Of a DNA stretch of 50,673 nt, positions 8,675-18,040 are shown one piece after another (the stretch's first letter is position 1; every line of letters starts with the position of its first letter). The notes beneath the pieces are model-generated. The model saw nothing but the letters and a program-made list of their open reading frames with translations, had not been told where the DNA came from and searched no databases. This DNA is from Candidatus Hydrogenedentales bacterium (lineage in GTDB: Bacteria > Hydrogenedentota > Hydrogenedentia > Hydrogenedentales > CAITNO01): assembly GCA_041859375.1 (NCBI GenBank), contig JBHEKP010000150.1, positions 1-50,673 on the forward strand, written 5' to 3'. The translations under genes were made by a program, and so were the position numbers.

Positions 8675-9340
8675 ATGAAAAAAGTAGCGATTTTTGTCTG
8701 TCTCATGTTGTGTTTTGGTGTTCAAGCGGGTGGACAGATTCCAGATCCGGTTACCTGTCTGTATTGCCCACTTTCTTCAATACCAGAGGGAACAACAGTG
8801 CTTTCATCATGGTGTAAGTCTCAAGTCAGTAAATTGGTACAGTATCAGAATCCCGTATTCACGAAACTGGCACCACAATATGTTTATGCAGGTGGCTGCA
8901 ATGATCCAGCACCGAAAACAGAGGTGTCTACGCTAACAATAGGTAAAAATCAGGAAACAAGTTGGACAATCTCTGGGGGAGTGGAGGGTGGATGGGCGCT
9001 TGGATGGACAGTAACGGGCCATTTTGAGGTAGGTTGGACTGGAACTTGGGGAGAGACAACAGAGGTTTCGGTTACGATGACCAGTGTTAGCAAAGGCAAT
9101 GAACGAATCAGAACAGAATTTGAAGTTACACGCACGGATTGGTCTAGTTATTTTGAAGAGACAAAAAGTGGCTTTATGGTATGTCATTATATTGGTGCAT
9201 CGCCAGACACAGGATTTTTAGTCCCTTGTCCAACAACAACCGAAAAAATAGATGGCAAGCCTGGAATAACACTCATGGCCAAAGAAAAAAGTGCTGTAAA
9301 CGATTGTCCTCCTCCGACAACTATTACATGTGATAAGTAA
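8675..9340 (+). CDS. Small secreted Cys-containing beta-rich protein (unknown function)
   Basis: AAGGAGG RBS and signal peptide MKKVAIFVCLMLCFGVQAGG. The central alternating Gly/Thr/Trp stretch is TLTIGKNQETSWTISGGVEGGWALGWTVTGHFEVGWTGTWGETTEVSVTMT. Confidence 0.7.
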   Translation: MKKVAIFVCLMLCFGVQAGGQIPDPVTCLYCPLSSIPEGTTVLSSWCKSQVSKLVQYQNPVFTKLAPQYVYAGGCNDPAPKTEVSTLTIGKNQETSWTISGGVEGGWALGWTVTGHFEVGWTGTWGETTEVSVTMTSVSKGNERIRTEFEVTRTDWSSYFEETKSGFMVCHYIGASPDTGFLVPCPTTTEKIDGKPGITLMAKEKSAVNDCPPPTTITCDK

Positions 9341-9450
9341 ACTATATCATACTTTGTTTTTTTGTATGGGATAAGTGTGTTCTTATTCAATCGTACAATT
9401 TGCTCGCAATAATTTATGTCAAGGTTGAGACAGAGTGGGAGGTGTTGAAA

Positions 9451-10839
9451 ATGAAATACTTTATTATATCATTTTTAATTCTAGCTACAAATATTAAATT
9501 AGCTAATGCAGAAAATAATAATAATGACGCATCAAATTCCTACGAATACTCTCAAACATCAATAAAAAACAAATTAGAAGCGCTTAAAACAAACAGTAAC
9601 ACGGATGATATTATTGAGATTATAAATATTGGAAAAAAACTTGAAATTATGGGGGATGATATATTAGCAACAGAATGTTTTGAGACCGTTGCAGTTTATG
9701 GTAAAAATCATATCGCTTATCGCTTTTTAGCTGCGGAAGCTGCAATAAATTTAGTGCTTTCTATGGGCTCAAATAGTTATTATCGCGCATCAAATTTACT
9801 TGAATTGGAAGTCTCATTAGCTCCTGAATTGCTAGCAAAGACACCAAAAAATATCAATAATGAAGGGTCAAAAATTAATATATTAGCCTGTTGTCCTGAT
9901 ATTCTTAGGGCAGAGATTATGGTGAAAACACAAAATTACTATTTGGCAATTCCCCTGCTTGAAAATATAATTTCAAATTATGATGACACACTAGGTAGAC
10001 TTGATAAAAAAACATTGCTTAATACAGGAATAGAGGAAAATGAGATATATGTTTGGCTTATTTTATGTTATGTAGATAATATTAAAAACAACAATTACGA
10101 TCGTAATAAAAACGAAAATAACTATGAAAATATATATAAAATTTTACTTAAATATATAGAAAATAGCAATAAGGACAACGGGCTTGATAGTCGCATTGTT
10201 GATAACATACCAGTGTTGTTAAATATATTTAAAGGGCCAGATGGGATTAAAAAAATTGAACAAATAATTCAAGTGGCTGGATTAAGTCGTGCGAAAATGT
10301 TGATGATTTTATTGGTATATCCAGATGAAGAGGCTCGCAAATTAAACACTACTGGTGAGGAAATGGATATTGCATACAAGCAATATTTATGTCTAGTAGA
10401 AAATTGTTTTGAAAACGAATCAAAAAAAGAATATTTAGTCGATTTTAATTTTTCTCGATTAAGAAATGCTATGCGAAAAGCAAAAAATCGTGAATTAGCA
10501 GATTTAATTATTAAGGACATTATTGAGATATTTCCCCTTTCGGAAGATCAAATGATAACTTTTTCTAGCCTCCAAATAGAATACGTTAATACGTTTTTAG
10601 ATGGTAAAATTAAAGATTTGCCTTTTGCGGAAATTGCAGTTGCAGCCAAAAAACTCCTTCCAAAACAAGAAAATGGGTTAAATGAGAATGGTACAATCAA
10701 GAACAATTTAAGCGGCAATAATGTGAATAATTACATCAATGATAGCAATTTTACTAAGCAGACATATATATGGGTAATTGTATTTTTTATTGGAATGCTT
10801 ATAGTTTTCATTGCATATATTATTCGAAAGCACAAGTGA
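9451..10839 (+). CDS. Hypothetical secreted helical-repeat protein with C-terminal membrane anchor
   Basis: Start at ATG 9451 after GGGAGG. Signal peptide [20 protein letters not shown] and C-terminal [22 protein letters not shown] followed by RKHK. Composition is Asn/Lys/Ile-rich. Confidence 0.7.
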   Translation: MKYFIISFLILATNIKLANAENNNNDASNSYEYSQTSIKNKLEALKTNSNTDDIIEIINIGKKLEIMGDDILATECFETVAVYGKNHIAYRFLAAEAAINLVLSMGSNSYYRASNLLELEVSLAPELLAKTPKNINNEGSKINILACCPDILRAEIMVKTQNYYLAIPLLENIISNYDDTLGRLDKKTLLNTGIEENEIYVWLILCYVDNIKNNNYDRNKNENNYENIYKILLKYIENSNKDNGLDSRIVDNIPVLLNIFKGPDGIKKIEQIIQVAGLSRAKMLMILLVYPDEEARKLNTTGEEMDIAYKQYLCLVENCFENESKKEYLVDFNFSRLRNAMRKAKNRELADLIIKDIIEIFPLSEDQMITFSSLQIEYVNTFLDGKIKDLPFAEIAVAAKKLLPKQENGLNENGTIKNNLSGNNVNNYINDSNFTKQTYIWVIVFFIGMLIVFIAYIIRKHK

Positions 10840-12554
10840 TGCTTCCTTATCAAATAAACATAAATAATATTTTATTAACACCATATTTCTTTTCAATAAT
10901 ATTCGCTTTTGGTTTTGGTTATTTGTTGTTAATGGCGATTTCTAGAAAAATATACAATATTAAAAATATTGATGTATATTTTTTGTTTTTTGTATTTGTC
11001 GTCGCAATGGTGTTTTCGCATATTTATTGGTGTATTGAATATGGTGCTAATATTTTTTCATTAAATGTATTTAATTTATTTTCTCCTGGGCATGTATTTT
11101 ATGGTGGTCTATGTGGAGGGGTAGTTGCTTCTTATTTCTACGCCCGAATAAAAGGAATAAGATTTTTAACTTTATTAGATATGCTGGCTATCCCTACAGC
11201 TATTGGGTATGCAATCGTTCGCATTGGATGTTTTTTTACAGGGTGTTGTTATGGAAGAGAAACTGATTGTATATTTGGGGTTTCGTATCCTCCATTTGTA
11301 AAGGGTCCATATGCGCTGCAAGTGCATTATGGGAAGATTACGGTCCTATCTGACCATTCTATGCCTGTTCATCCATCACCCCTCTATTTATCGCTTGGAA
11401 GTATAATAATCGCTATTTATCTATCATATTGTACATTTAAAAAATGTTATCAAAGTGGTGAAATTGTAAAGAAATATATCATATTGTATGGCATCTTGCG
11501 CTTTTTTGTAGAATTTACTCGACAGAATGTCGGGAGTTTTTATATGTGGGGGATGTCCGGGGCTCAGTTCATATCACTCGGAATTATTTTTATTCCCATA
11601 TTTTTATCTTATATAGGCACCTGCCAATTTATATGGCAAAAGGGCATAAGAAAAAATAAAAATAATTCTAATGGTTTTTCTCTTGTTGAACTTCTTGTAG
11701 TAGTTGGCGTTTTGATCATGCTCGCCTCGTTGCTGTTACCGGCTCTTTCCAGCGCACAAGAGGCTTCAAGGCGATCTAGTTGTCAGAATAATTTGCGCCA
11801 ATGGGGAATGGCTTTTAAGATGTATAGTTCAGAGGCAAGAGGAGGATATTATCCTCCTATACAGTTAGAAATGACCGATCTTCGTAAAGGTGCTCTCGCA
11901 ATTGCTCCTAAACTAGATTCGATTTATCCAGAGTATGTCCCCAGCCTTGATATTTTAACTTGCCCAAGTGCAACGCATAGAATTAATAAAATTGACTTAT
12001 TTCGGGATAGAGGAAATATGGATCGATGTTATGCATATTTGGGATGGGTGTTAGACAAATGCGAAGAGAGTGGTCCGCGTATGACAGTACGTGAATTACT
12101 CGATTTAATTCCTTTTGTGGATTCAGATTTATATCAAGGCGAGCTAGAGGGACCTCGGCAATTCGTCCTACTTTGCGCTGCTATAGCTAGGAGGACTATA
12201 ATAGAATCTATATTTACATCACAGAATATTTTAGATATTAGTCGCAGGGTTGCTGCCACTGATGTAACTGTATGGGAATCTGACATTGGCAATGGAAATA
12301 CAAGCACCATTTTCCATATTAAGGAAGGAGTTGAACGATTCGCAGAGTTGGCCGAGAGCAACGTGTGGGTTATGTTTGACGCAATCTCTTCCGATGTGAA
12401 TCGTTTCAACCACGCTGTAGGTGGTGTGAATGTACTATATATGGACGGGCATGTTGAGTTATTACGATATCCAAGCAGGGCGCCTGTGAATAAAGGGATG
12501 GCATTATTTTTAGGAACTATTCTTGATAGACACTGGCTTCCGGAGTCTGAATAG
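10839..12554 (+). CDS. Fusion protein: Lgt-like (prolipoprotein diacylglyceryl transferase family) membrane domain + prepilin-type pseudopilin with H-X9-DG-like C-terminal motif
   Basis: The start overlaps the upstream stop (TGATG). The N-terminal half has Lgt-family motifs ([39 protein letters not shown]). At 11673/11676 there is a prepilin cleavage/methylation site [32 protein letters not shown], then [16 protein letters not shown] and [16 protein letters not shown]. Confidence 0.75.
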   Translation: MLPYQININNILLTPYFFSIIFAFGFGYLLLMAISRKIYNIKNIDVYFLFFVFVVAMVFSHIYWCIEYGANIFSLNVFNLFSPGHVFYGGLCGGVVASYFYARIKGIRFLTLLDMLAIPTAIGYAIVRIGCFFTGCCYGRETDCIFGVSYPPFVKGPYALQVHYGKITVLSDHSMPVHPSPLYLSLGSIIIAIYLSYCTFKKCYQSGEIVKKYIILYGILRFFVEFTRQNVGSFYMWGMSGAQFISLGIIFIPIFLSYIGTCQFIWQKGIRKNKNNSNGFSLVELLVVVGVLIMLASLLLPALSSAQEASRRSSCQNNLRQWGMAFKMYSSEARGGYYPPIQLEMTDLRKGALAIAPKLDSIYPEYVPSLDILTCPSATHRINKIDLFRDRGNMDRCYAYLGWVLDKCEESGPRMTVRELLDLIPFVDSDLYQGELEGPRQFVLLCAAIARRTIIESIFTSQNILDISRRVAATDVTVWESDIGNGNTSTIFHIKEGVERFAELAESNVWVMFDAISSDVNRFNHAVGGVNVLYMDGHVELLRYPSRAPVNKGMALFLGTILDRHWLPESE

Positions 12555-12829
12555 AGTGAATTGCTGAGCGGTATTTATCACTGTGAACCAAAGATCGTTG
12601 TGAGTGATATGAAATTAGATTTTAGGTCTTTTTCGTCGGTTCGTGTTGCAAAAGGCGGGATGCCTAATTAGGAGCATTTTTGCAATCAGCCGTGGGCCAC
12701 TAAGGGAACTCTAATAGATCTCCGGAAGCACCGGCAATTTAAGGAATGATTGCACGCACCATCGCCGTCGGCAAATGCAAGATTACGGCGTCTGGGATTG
12801 CCGGACAAGAGGACCGCCCCATTTTTGAT

Positions 12830-12951
12830 GCCCCAACGGGGCTGTGCAACAAAGCCTTGGGCTGTCCCGCCCCGAAGGGGCTGGACTACCTAGGGTAAGG
12901 CGGAACATATGGCCAACCTATCCTGTAGAGATTGCGCAGCCCCGTTAGGGC
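12830..12951. repeat. Imperfect inverted repeat / structured intergenic element
   Basis: Arm GCCCCAACGGGGCTGTGCAA (12830..12849) matches the reverse complement of TTGCGCAGCCCCGTTAGGGC (12932..12951) at 18/20. An inner hairpin GTCC-c-GCCCC-gaa-GGGGC-t-GGAC lies at 12864..12886. Confidence 0.5.
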
Positions 12952-13104
12952 AAAGAAGGACGGTATCATACGGTTCCTTGAATATGCCGACTATGAAGGC
13001 ACTATTGCGCCCGGCGATTAGGACCCCCAAAACGCCCCCCTTTACCCGCCCCGAGGCAATCGGCTAAAATCCATCCTCACCCGTGAAAACAAGGAACATC
13101 CACC

Positions 13105-14568
13105 ATGGACAGCACCTATTACAGCGAACTGCTTGAGAAATTCCTGAACGTCCGCGTCATGGCCGTGGGCGACATTTACCTGGATGAGAACGTCTTCGGC
13201 GCGGTGACGGAAGTCAGCCTGGAGGCGCCCATTCCCGTGTTTGAGGTGCGCGAGCGCCGCCACAACCCCGGCGCGGCGGGCAACGCCGCCTGCAACGCCG
13301 CCTCCCTCGGCGGCCGGGTCACCATGGTCGGCGTGGTGGGCAACGACGCCAACGCGGGCATTGTGAAGCATGAATTCGCGGTGCGCGGCGTGGACACCGC
13401 GGGCATCGTAACCGATCCGGACCGCCCCACCAACACCTACGGCAAGCTGAAGGCGGGCGGCCACAACATCCCCATGCAGGAGGTGCTCCGCACCGACACG
13501 CCCCGCCCGAAGATGATCAGCGGCGACATTGAGGACATGGTCTGCGATCAAATCCGCGCCATCGCCCCGGACGTGGACGCCATCCTCATCGGCGACCAGG
13601 TCTCCGCCACCATCTCCGACAAGGTCTACGCGACCATCCTCGAATGCGCCCGGAAATACAACCTTGTCACCGTGGCCGATTCCCGCGCACGCGCGGGCTA
13701 TTTCAAGGGCGTGGACGTCATCAAGCCCAACGACAAGGAGGCCGGGCTGGCGGCGGGCGTGGACGTGGTGGACGCCGCGACCCTGGAGCAGGCGGGCAAA
13801 TTCCTGCTCACCCGCGCCAAGAACGCCCTCGTCACCCTCGGCCCCGGCGGCATCACCGTCTTCGCCGCCGACGGCTCCATCGAAAACGTGCCCATCCGCC
13901 CCGTCACCGCCATTGACGTGACCGGCGCGGGCGACACCGTGGCCGCGGCCATCGTGCTCACCCTGGCGGCGGGCGGCACCCTGCGCGACGCCGCGTACCT
14001 CGGCAACACCGCCGCGGGCATCGCCGTGGTGCAGGAGGGCGTCGTCACCGTGTCCAACGCCGAGTTGCGCGACGCGGTTCTCGGCCCGCAGGGCCCGGAA
14101 AAGCTGAAAAGCCTCGACCAGCTCCGGGGCGTGGTGGAGAAGCTCCGCCGCGAGGGCAAAAAGGTGGTGTGGACCAACGGCTGCTTCGACATCCTCCACG
14201 CGGGCCACATCTCCTACCTGCTCCGCGCCCGCCAGGAGGGCGATGTCATGATCGTCGGCCTCAACAGCGACGCCTCGGTGCGCGAGAACAAGGGCGCAGA
14301 CCGGCCCGTCACCAACGAGCAGGACCGCGCCCTGGTCCTTTCCGCGCTGGAGTGTGTGGATTACATCGTCATCTTCGGCGACAAGACGCCCCTGCCCCTG
14401 CTGGACGCGCTCCGCCCCGCCGTGTATGTGAAGGGCGGCGACTACACCCTCGACACGATTGTGCAGGAGGAGCGCGCGCTTGTGGAGGGCTACGGCGGCC
14501 GCATCGCCATCATTCCCGGCCAGGAAGGCTACTCCACCACCAACATCATCAACCGCATCAAGGCCTGA
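13105..14568 (+). CDS. hldE: Bifunctional D-beta-D-heptose 7-phosphate kinase / D-beta-D-heptose 1-phosphate adenylyltransferase
   Basis: The N-terminal half is a ribokinase-like (PfkB) domain (VMAVGDIYLDE..., DVTGAGDTVAAA). The C-terminal half is a cytidylyltransferase domain (VVWTNGCFDILHAGHISYL, IVGLNSDASV). Confidence 0.92.
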   Translation: MDSTYYSELLEKFLNVRVMAVGDIYLDENVFGAVTEVSLEAPIPVFEVRERRHNPGAAGNAACNAASLGGRVTMVGVVGNDANAGIVKHEFAVRGVDTAGIVTDPDRPTNTYGKLKAGGHNIPMQEVLRTDTPRPKMISGDIEDMVCDQIRAIAPDVDAILIGDQVSATISDKVYATILECARKYNLVTVADSRARAGYFKGVDVIKPNDKEAGLAAGVDVVDAATLEQAGKFLLTRAKNALVTLGPGGITVFAADGSIENVPIRPVTAIDVTGAGDTVAAAIVLTLAAGGTLRDAAYLGNTAAGIAVVQEGVVTVSNAELRDAVLGPQGPEKLKSLDQLRGVVEKLRREGKKVVWTNGCFDILHAGHISYLLRARQEGDVMIVGLNSDASVRENKGADRPVTNEQDRALVLSALECVDYIVIFGDKTPLPLLDALRPAVYVKGGDYTLDTIVQEERALVEGYGGRIAIIPGQEGYSTTNIINRIKA

Positions 14569-14602
14569 CCGATCCCCCCTGCGGGGGACCGCCCGCGCGC
14601 CC

Positions 14603-17416
14603 TCAGTCGGAGACGCGCACCCCCGGTTCGGGCCGGAGCCGTCCCGCGTCCAGCGCCCTGAGGAAACCGTCCGCAGTGGCGGCGAGGAGGAGGGTGCGGT
14701 CGCCGGGCGCGGCGAAGAGGGCGAGCCCGCCCGCGGCGCCCCAGGCGCGGGTGTCGCGCCAGCGCACGGCCCCCCCGGATTCAAGGCACAGCACGGTTCC
14801 GTCGTCGGCCCCGATGATCACGGCGGTGCGGTCGGGCAGGGCGGCGGCGCGCACCGCGCCGGGCAGGGGGACCGCCCAGCGGGTTTTCCCGTCGGCTCCG
14901 ACGCCGACCGCGCCCGCCGCGCCCACGGCGATGAGGCAGGGCTTGGGGTCGCCGGGCCGGACCAGGTCGGGCAGCACGCGCAGCACCGCGCCCACGGGGG
15001 CGTCAATACGGCCCCGCCGCCCCGCCGAATCCCCCGTGAGGTCCGTGATGGTGCCGTTTTCCAGGCCGAGGAGCCAGCCCGACGAGACGCCGGGCCGCGC
15101 GGCCACGGCGGGCACGGGCGGTGCGGTGGGCGCGGCGTCGAGGGCCTCGCGCCGCTGCTCCGCGCCCGTGTCGTCGTAAAGCACGGCGAAGTGCAGCCCC
15201 CCGGCGTCGGTGCCCGCCACCCACACGCCGCCCCAGCCCAGTTCCGGCGGCACCGCGCCGAGCACGGGCCTGGCGAGGCCGGTTTCCCGCCTCCACACCA
15301 CCGCGCCGACCTGGGACACCCGCGCGAGGACGCCGGTTTCCGAAAGGGCCACAAAGACCTCCGCGTCATTTTCGGAGAAGCGGTGGGCGACGAGCCCCTC
15401 CGCCGCGAGGGGCGCGCCCAGCAGGGTTTCCCCGCGCACGCCGCCGTCGCCGTCGCAGAAGAGCAGGCGTCCCCGGTGGTCCGCCACCGCCGCCACGGGC
15501 CCCGCCGGGGTGAGGGCGACCGCGGGGCCGAGGGTCCAGCGCCCGCCCAGCCGCCGCCGCCACAGTTCGCCGCCCTCCAGGTCAAGGGCGGTGAGATCGC
15601 CCCACGCGCCCGCATGGATGAACCGCGCCTCCGGGCCGTTTTCGCCGTTCACCAGCATCATCGCGGGGGGGCCGGCGGGCCTGCCCGGAACGGCGGCCTC
15701 CCAAAGGCGCTTTGGCGCCGCCTCAAGCCCGAAGCGCCGGACCACCGCCGGGAAATCGGGCGCGGTGACGGTCATGGCAAAGCGGAGCGGGGCGCCCGCG
15801 CGGACCACGCCCTGAAGGGTGCGGGCGAGGGTCAGGGTTTCCCCCGCCTTAATTTTCAGGGGCGCCGTTCCCGAGCCGATGGCGCAGGCCCCGGGCGGGA
15901 GCACCTCCAGCCGGCCCCGCAGGGGGAAGGCGAGGGGGTTGGTGACGCCGCAGGCGAGGGCGGCCCGCAGGGGGCCCTCCTCCGGCGCGGGATCCACCGA
16001 CAGGAACATGGCGGCGGGCAGGGCGTAGGAGCGCAGGGGCAGCCCGTCCACCAGCACCGGTCCCTTTGCCGCCGGCACGCGGATTACCCCGCGTTTCGGC
16101 GCGTGGTGGGCGGTTTCGTCCGTTTCCAGCGCCACGGATTTGACCAGGGAGGCGCGCGCCGTCAGGCGCAGGGGCGTGCGGAGCCCCCGCCAGGACAGGA
16201 GCGCCGCGCCCCTTGCCCCCAGCAGAATCTCCGCGTCATGCCCCTGGAAGGGCAGGGTGCCGAGGCGGCGGTACTTCGCCAGCGGCCCCGGAAACACATA
16301 GTCCTTCAGGGTCACCGGCACGGGCGGCATGAAGCGCACCGCCCCCTCCCCGCCCTGGCGCAGGTGCCCGTACTGCGGCACGTCGTCCAGGGGCACGGGC
16401 CACCAGCCGCCCTTGGGCGCGCAAACACAGACATAGCCCGAGGAGCGCAGCAGCGCCATGTCGCGCAGCAGCCGGAATTGGGGAAGCCCCGTCCGGGCGG
16501 AGGGCAGGGGTCCCTCCATTACCACGGGCTCCAGCGCGGCCACCAGCCCCCCCTGCCGCCGCCACCGTGTCCGGTTTTCGGGCGTCAGCCGCGCCGCCGC
16601 CATTTTTTCCAGCCGCGCCGCGTAGCCGTCCAGGGCGGGCGCGTCCGTGAACCGCGCCGTTTCACGGCAGAGCAGGCGCACGGGAATCTCCCCGGCCACG
16701 CCGGTGGCCTCAAGCGCGCCCTCGTAGAAGGGAAGAAACAGGGGGGGCGCGTCCAGCGCGTCGCCGGTGATGATCAGAATCTCCCCCTTCGGAAAGGCGC
16801 GGATGAAGGCGCGGACGGCGCGCAGGGCGAAGCGCCGCGCCCCCGCCTCCAGCTCGCCGTCAAGCAGGTCTTGGGGATGGCCGTCCCAGCGGGGATCAAA
16901 CACGAGCGGCGCGGCGGTGGTGTCCAGGGCAAGGCCCCTCAGCCCCGCCCCGCGGCACACCTTCCCCGCCAGTTCAAAACGCGCCACGGCGGTGTCCCCG
17001 GCGCTTTTCCCGGTGAACCAGGGCGCCTCCGGCGCAAGCCGCACCAGCAGGAAATTGTCCGCCACGCCCGCGTCCGCAAGACGGCGGCAGGCCGGGCCGA
17101 GCTCGGCGGCCATGGGCGCCCATTCCCGGGGCAGCGCCGTGGGGGGGAAGGGGATGCCGCCGGAGGGGGGATCGGAGAGTGTGTCCATGACGCCCCGGAG
17201 CAGAAAGCCGCTGAAACCGCGTTCGCGCCAGATTTCCGTGTGGTTTGCCGCCCAGGTGGCGTTCACCGGCGCGTCCAGCAGCACGCGCGGCAACGGCACG
17301 CCGGCAACGGGGGCTCCGGCGGCGGGGGTGGAAATGCGCGCGCCCGCGTCCGCGCGTCCGGCGCACAGCGCCGCGCACAGGCACAAAACCGCCAACACCG
17401 CGCATCGGACATTCAT
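14603..17416 (-). CDS. Large secreted protein with C-terminal PQQ-like beta-propeller repeats
   Basis: Signal peptide MNVRCAVLAVLCLCAALCAGRADA. The C-terminal third has repeated G..W+ motifs (GGELWRRRLGG, VGAVVWRRETG, DGKTRWAVPLPG, SGGAVRWRDT). Composition is host-like. Confidence 0.75.
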   Translation of the reverse strand: MNVRCAVLAVLCLCAALCAGRADAGARISTPAAGAPVAGVPLPRVLLDAPVNATWAANHTEIWRERGFSGFLLRGVMDTLSDPPSGGIPFPPTALPREWAPMAAELGPACRRLADAGVADNFLLVRLAPEAPWFTGKSAGDTAVARFELAGKVCRGAGLRGLALDTTAAPLVFDPRWDGHPQDLLDGELEAGARRFALRAVRAFIRAFPKGEILIITGDALDAPPLFLPFYEGALEATGVAGEIPVRLLCRETARFTDAPALDGYAARLEKMAAARLTPENRTRWRRQGGLVAALEPVVMEGPLPSARTGLPQFRLLRDMALLRSSGYVCVCAPKGGWWPVPLDDVPQYGHLRQGGEGAVRFMPPVPVTLKDYVFPGPLAKYRRLGTLPFQGHDAEILLGARGAALLSWRGLRTPLRLTARASLVKSVALETDETAHHAPKRGVIRVPAAKGPVLVDGLPLRSYALPAAMFLSVDPAPEEGPLRAALACGVTNPLAFPLRGRLEVLPPGACAIGSGTAPLKIKAGETLTLARTLQGVVRAGAPLRFAMTVTAPDFPAVVRRFGLEAAPKRLWEAAVPGRPAGPPAMMLVNGENGPEARFIHAGAWGDLTALDLEGGELWRRRLGGRWTLGPAVALTPAGPVAAVADHRGRLLFCDGDGGVRGETLLGAPLAAEGLVAHRFSENDAEVFVALSETGVLARVSQVGAVVWRRETGLARPVLGAVPPELGWGGVWVAGTDAGGLHFAVLYDDTGAEQRREALDAAPTAPPVPAVAARPGVSSGWLLGLENGTITDLTGDSAGRRGRIDAPVGAVLRVLPDLVRPGDPKPCLIAVGAAGAVGVGADGKTRWAVPLPGAVRAAALPDRTAVIIGADDGTVLCLESGGAVRWRDTRAWGAAGGLALFAAPGDRTLLLAATADGFLRALDAGRLRPEPGVRVSD

Positions 17417-17528
17417 GGCCGCAATAATCCCCTGGGACAGGTTGCGCCCATCATGTCACGGGGACGCCGGTTTTGGCAAACCGGAAACCCCGCCGCGCGG
17501 TCCTGAGATGCCTTTTTCCGTGGTCCGG

Positions 17529-17768
17529 TCAGGAAACCGGGACGGTGGCGCCCGCCTTCATCACGTTCACCGCCTGGGGGCCCTTGCCGCCCTCGCGCAG
17601 CTCGTAGACGACATCATCGCCCTCGCGCAGCGTTCGGAAGCCCTCCATGACGATGGCCGTGTGGTGCACGAACACATCCGCCTCGTTTTCCCGGGCGATG
17701 AACCCATAGCCCTTCTGATCGTTGAACCACTTCACCTTGCCCGTCAATTTGCCGTCAGAATCGGACAT
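17529..17768 (-). CDS. Cold-shock protein (CspA family)
   Basis: The start was moved to [39 protein letters not shown] (RNP1/RNP2 motifs), preceded by GAGGAGGGGG. Confidence 0.93.
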   Translation of the reverse strand: MSDSDGKLTGKVKWFNDQKGYGFIARENEADVFVHHTAIVMEGFRTLREGDDVVYELREGGKGPQAVNVMKAGATVPVS

Positions 17769-17886
17769 AGTCCCCCTCCTCGTACCGGCAATTTGCGACC
17801 GGACCCGGGCGCGCAGACCCCCAAGCCTTCGCCGCACTACCATGCAACTGTTAGATCACCTCAACAACCTGCGCTGTTGTGGGGTT

Positions 17887-17915
17887 AGCATACCCCAAGC
17901 ACGGTATTTTGTCAA
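17887..17915 (-). promoter_or_regulatory. Sigma70-like promoter of the cold-shock gene
   Basis: The minus strand reads TTGACA-17 nt-TATGCT. This implies a ~110-nt 5' UTR, which is typical for csp genes. Confidence 0.6.
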
Positions 17916-18040
17916 TAAGAGAAGTATTCGCGATCGGCTCTGTTTTCGCAATTCTTGCAGGGTATTATTGGCGGGTGAGGGAAGACGCGACGGGGACGGC
18001 CACGGGAGACCGTCCCCCGGAGAAGAAGACAAGCGGCCGG

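Larger units (their letters stand above)
8402..12700. mobile_element. AT-rich island 2 core (four co-oriented genes, ~27-33% GC, no mobility genes)
   Basis: Hand count of line 9481 gives 27% GC against 70% for line 13201. The flanking mid-GC segments 7226..8401 and 12700..13040 may also belong to the insertion. Confidence 0.6.

Noticed and set aside
12555-13104. Search for a tRNA, tmRNA or integrase remnant at island borders (also 4312..4716, 45174..45411 and 47345..47610)
   Set aside because: No cloverleaf-compatible sequence, CCA-end context or recombinase-like ORF could be recognised by eye. A tRNAscan or Infernal run would be needed to be sure.
14459-17506. 1015-aa plus-strand ORF overlapping hldE's 3' end and the whole 14603..17416 gene
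   Set aside because: The translation is low-complexity and Arg/Gly/Pro-rich. The opposite strand encodes a protein with a signal peptide and propeller repeats. The same reasoning applies to 523..1449(-), 4531..6084(-), 13042..14784(-), 17879..19225(+), 21407..23452(-), 23696..24973(-), 25064..27211(-), 38615..40753(-), 42331..43884(-), 43991..45071(-) and 47425..48606(-).
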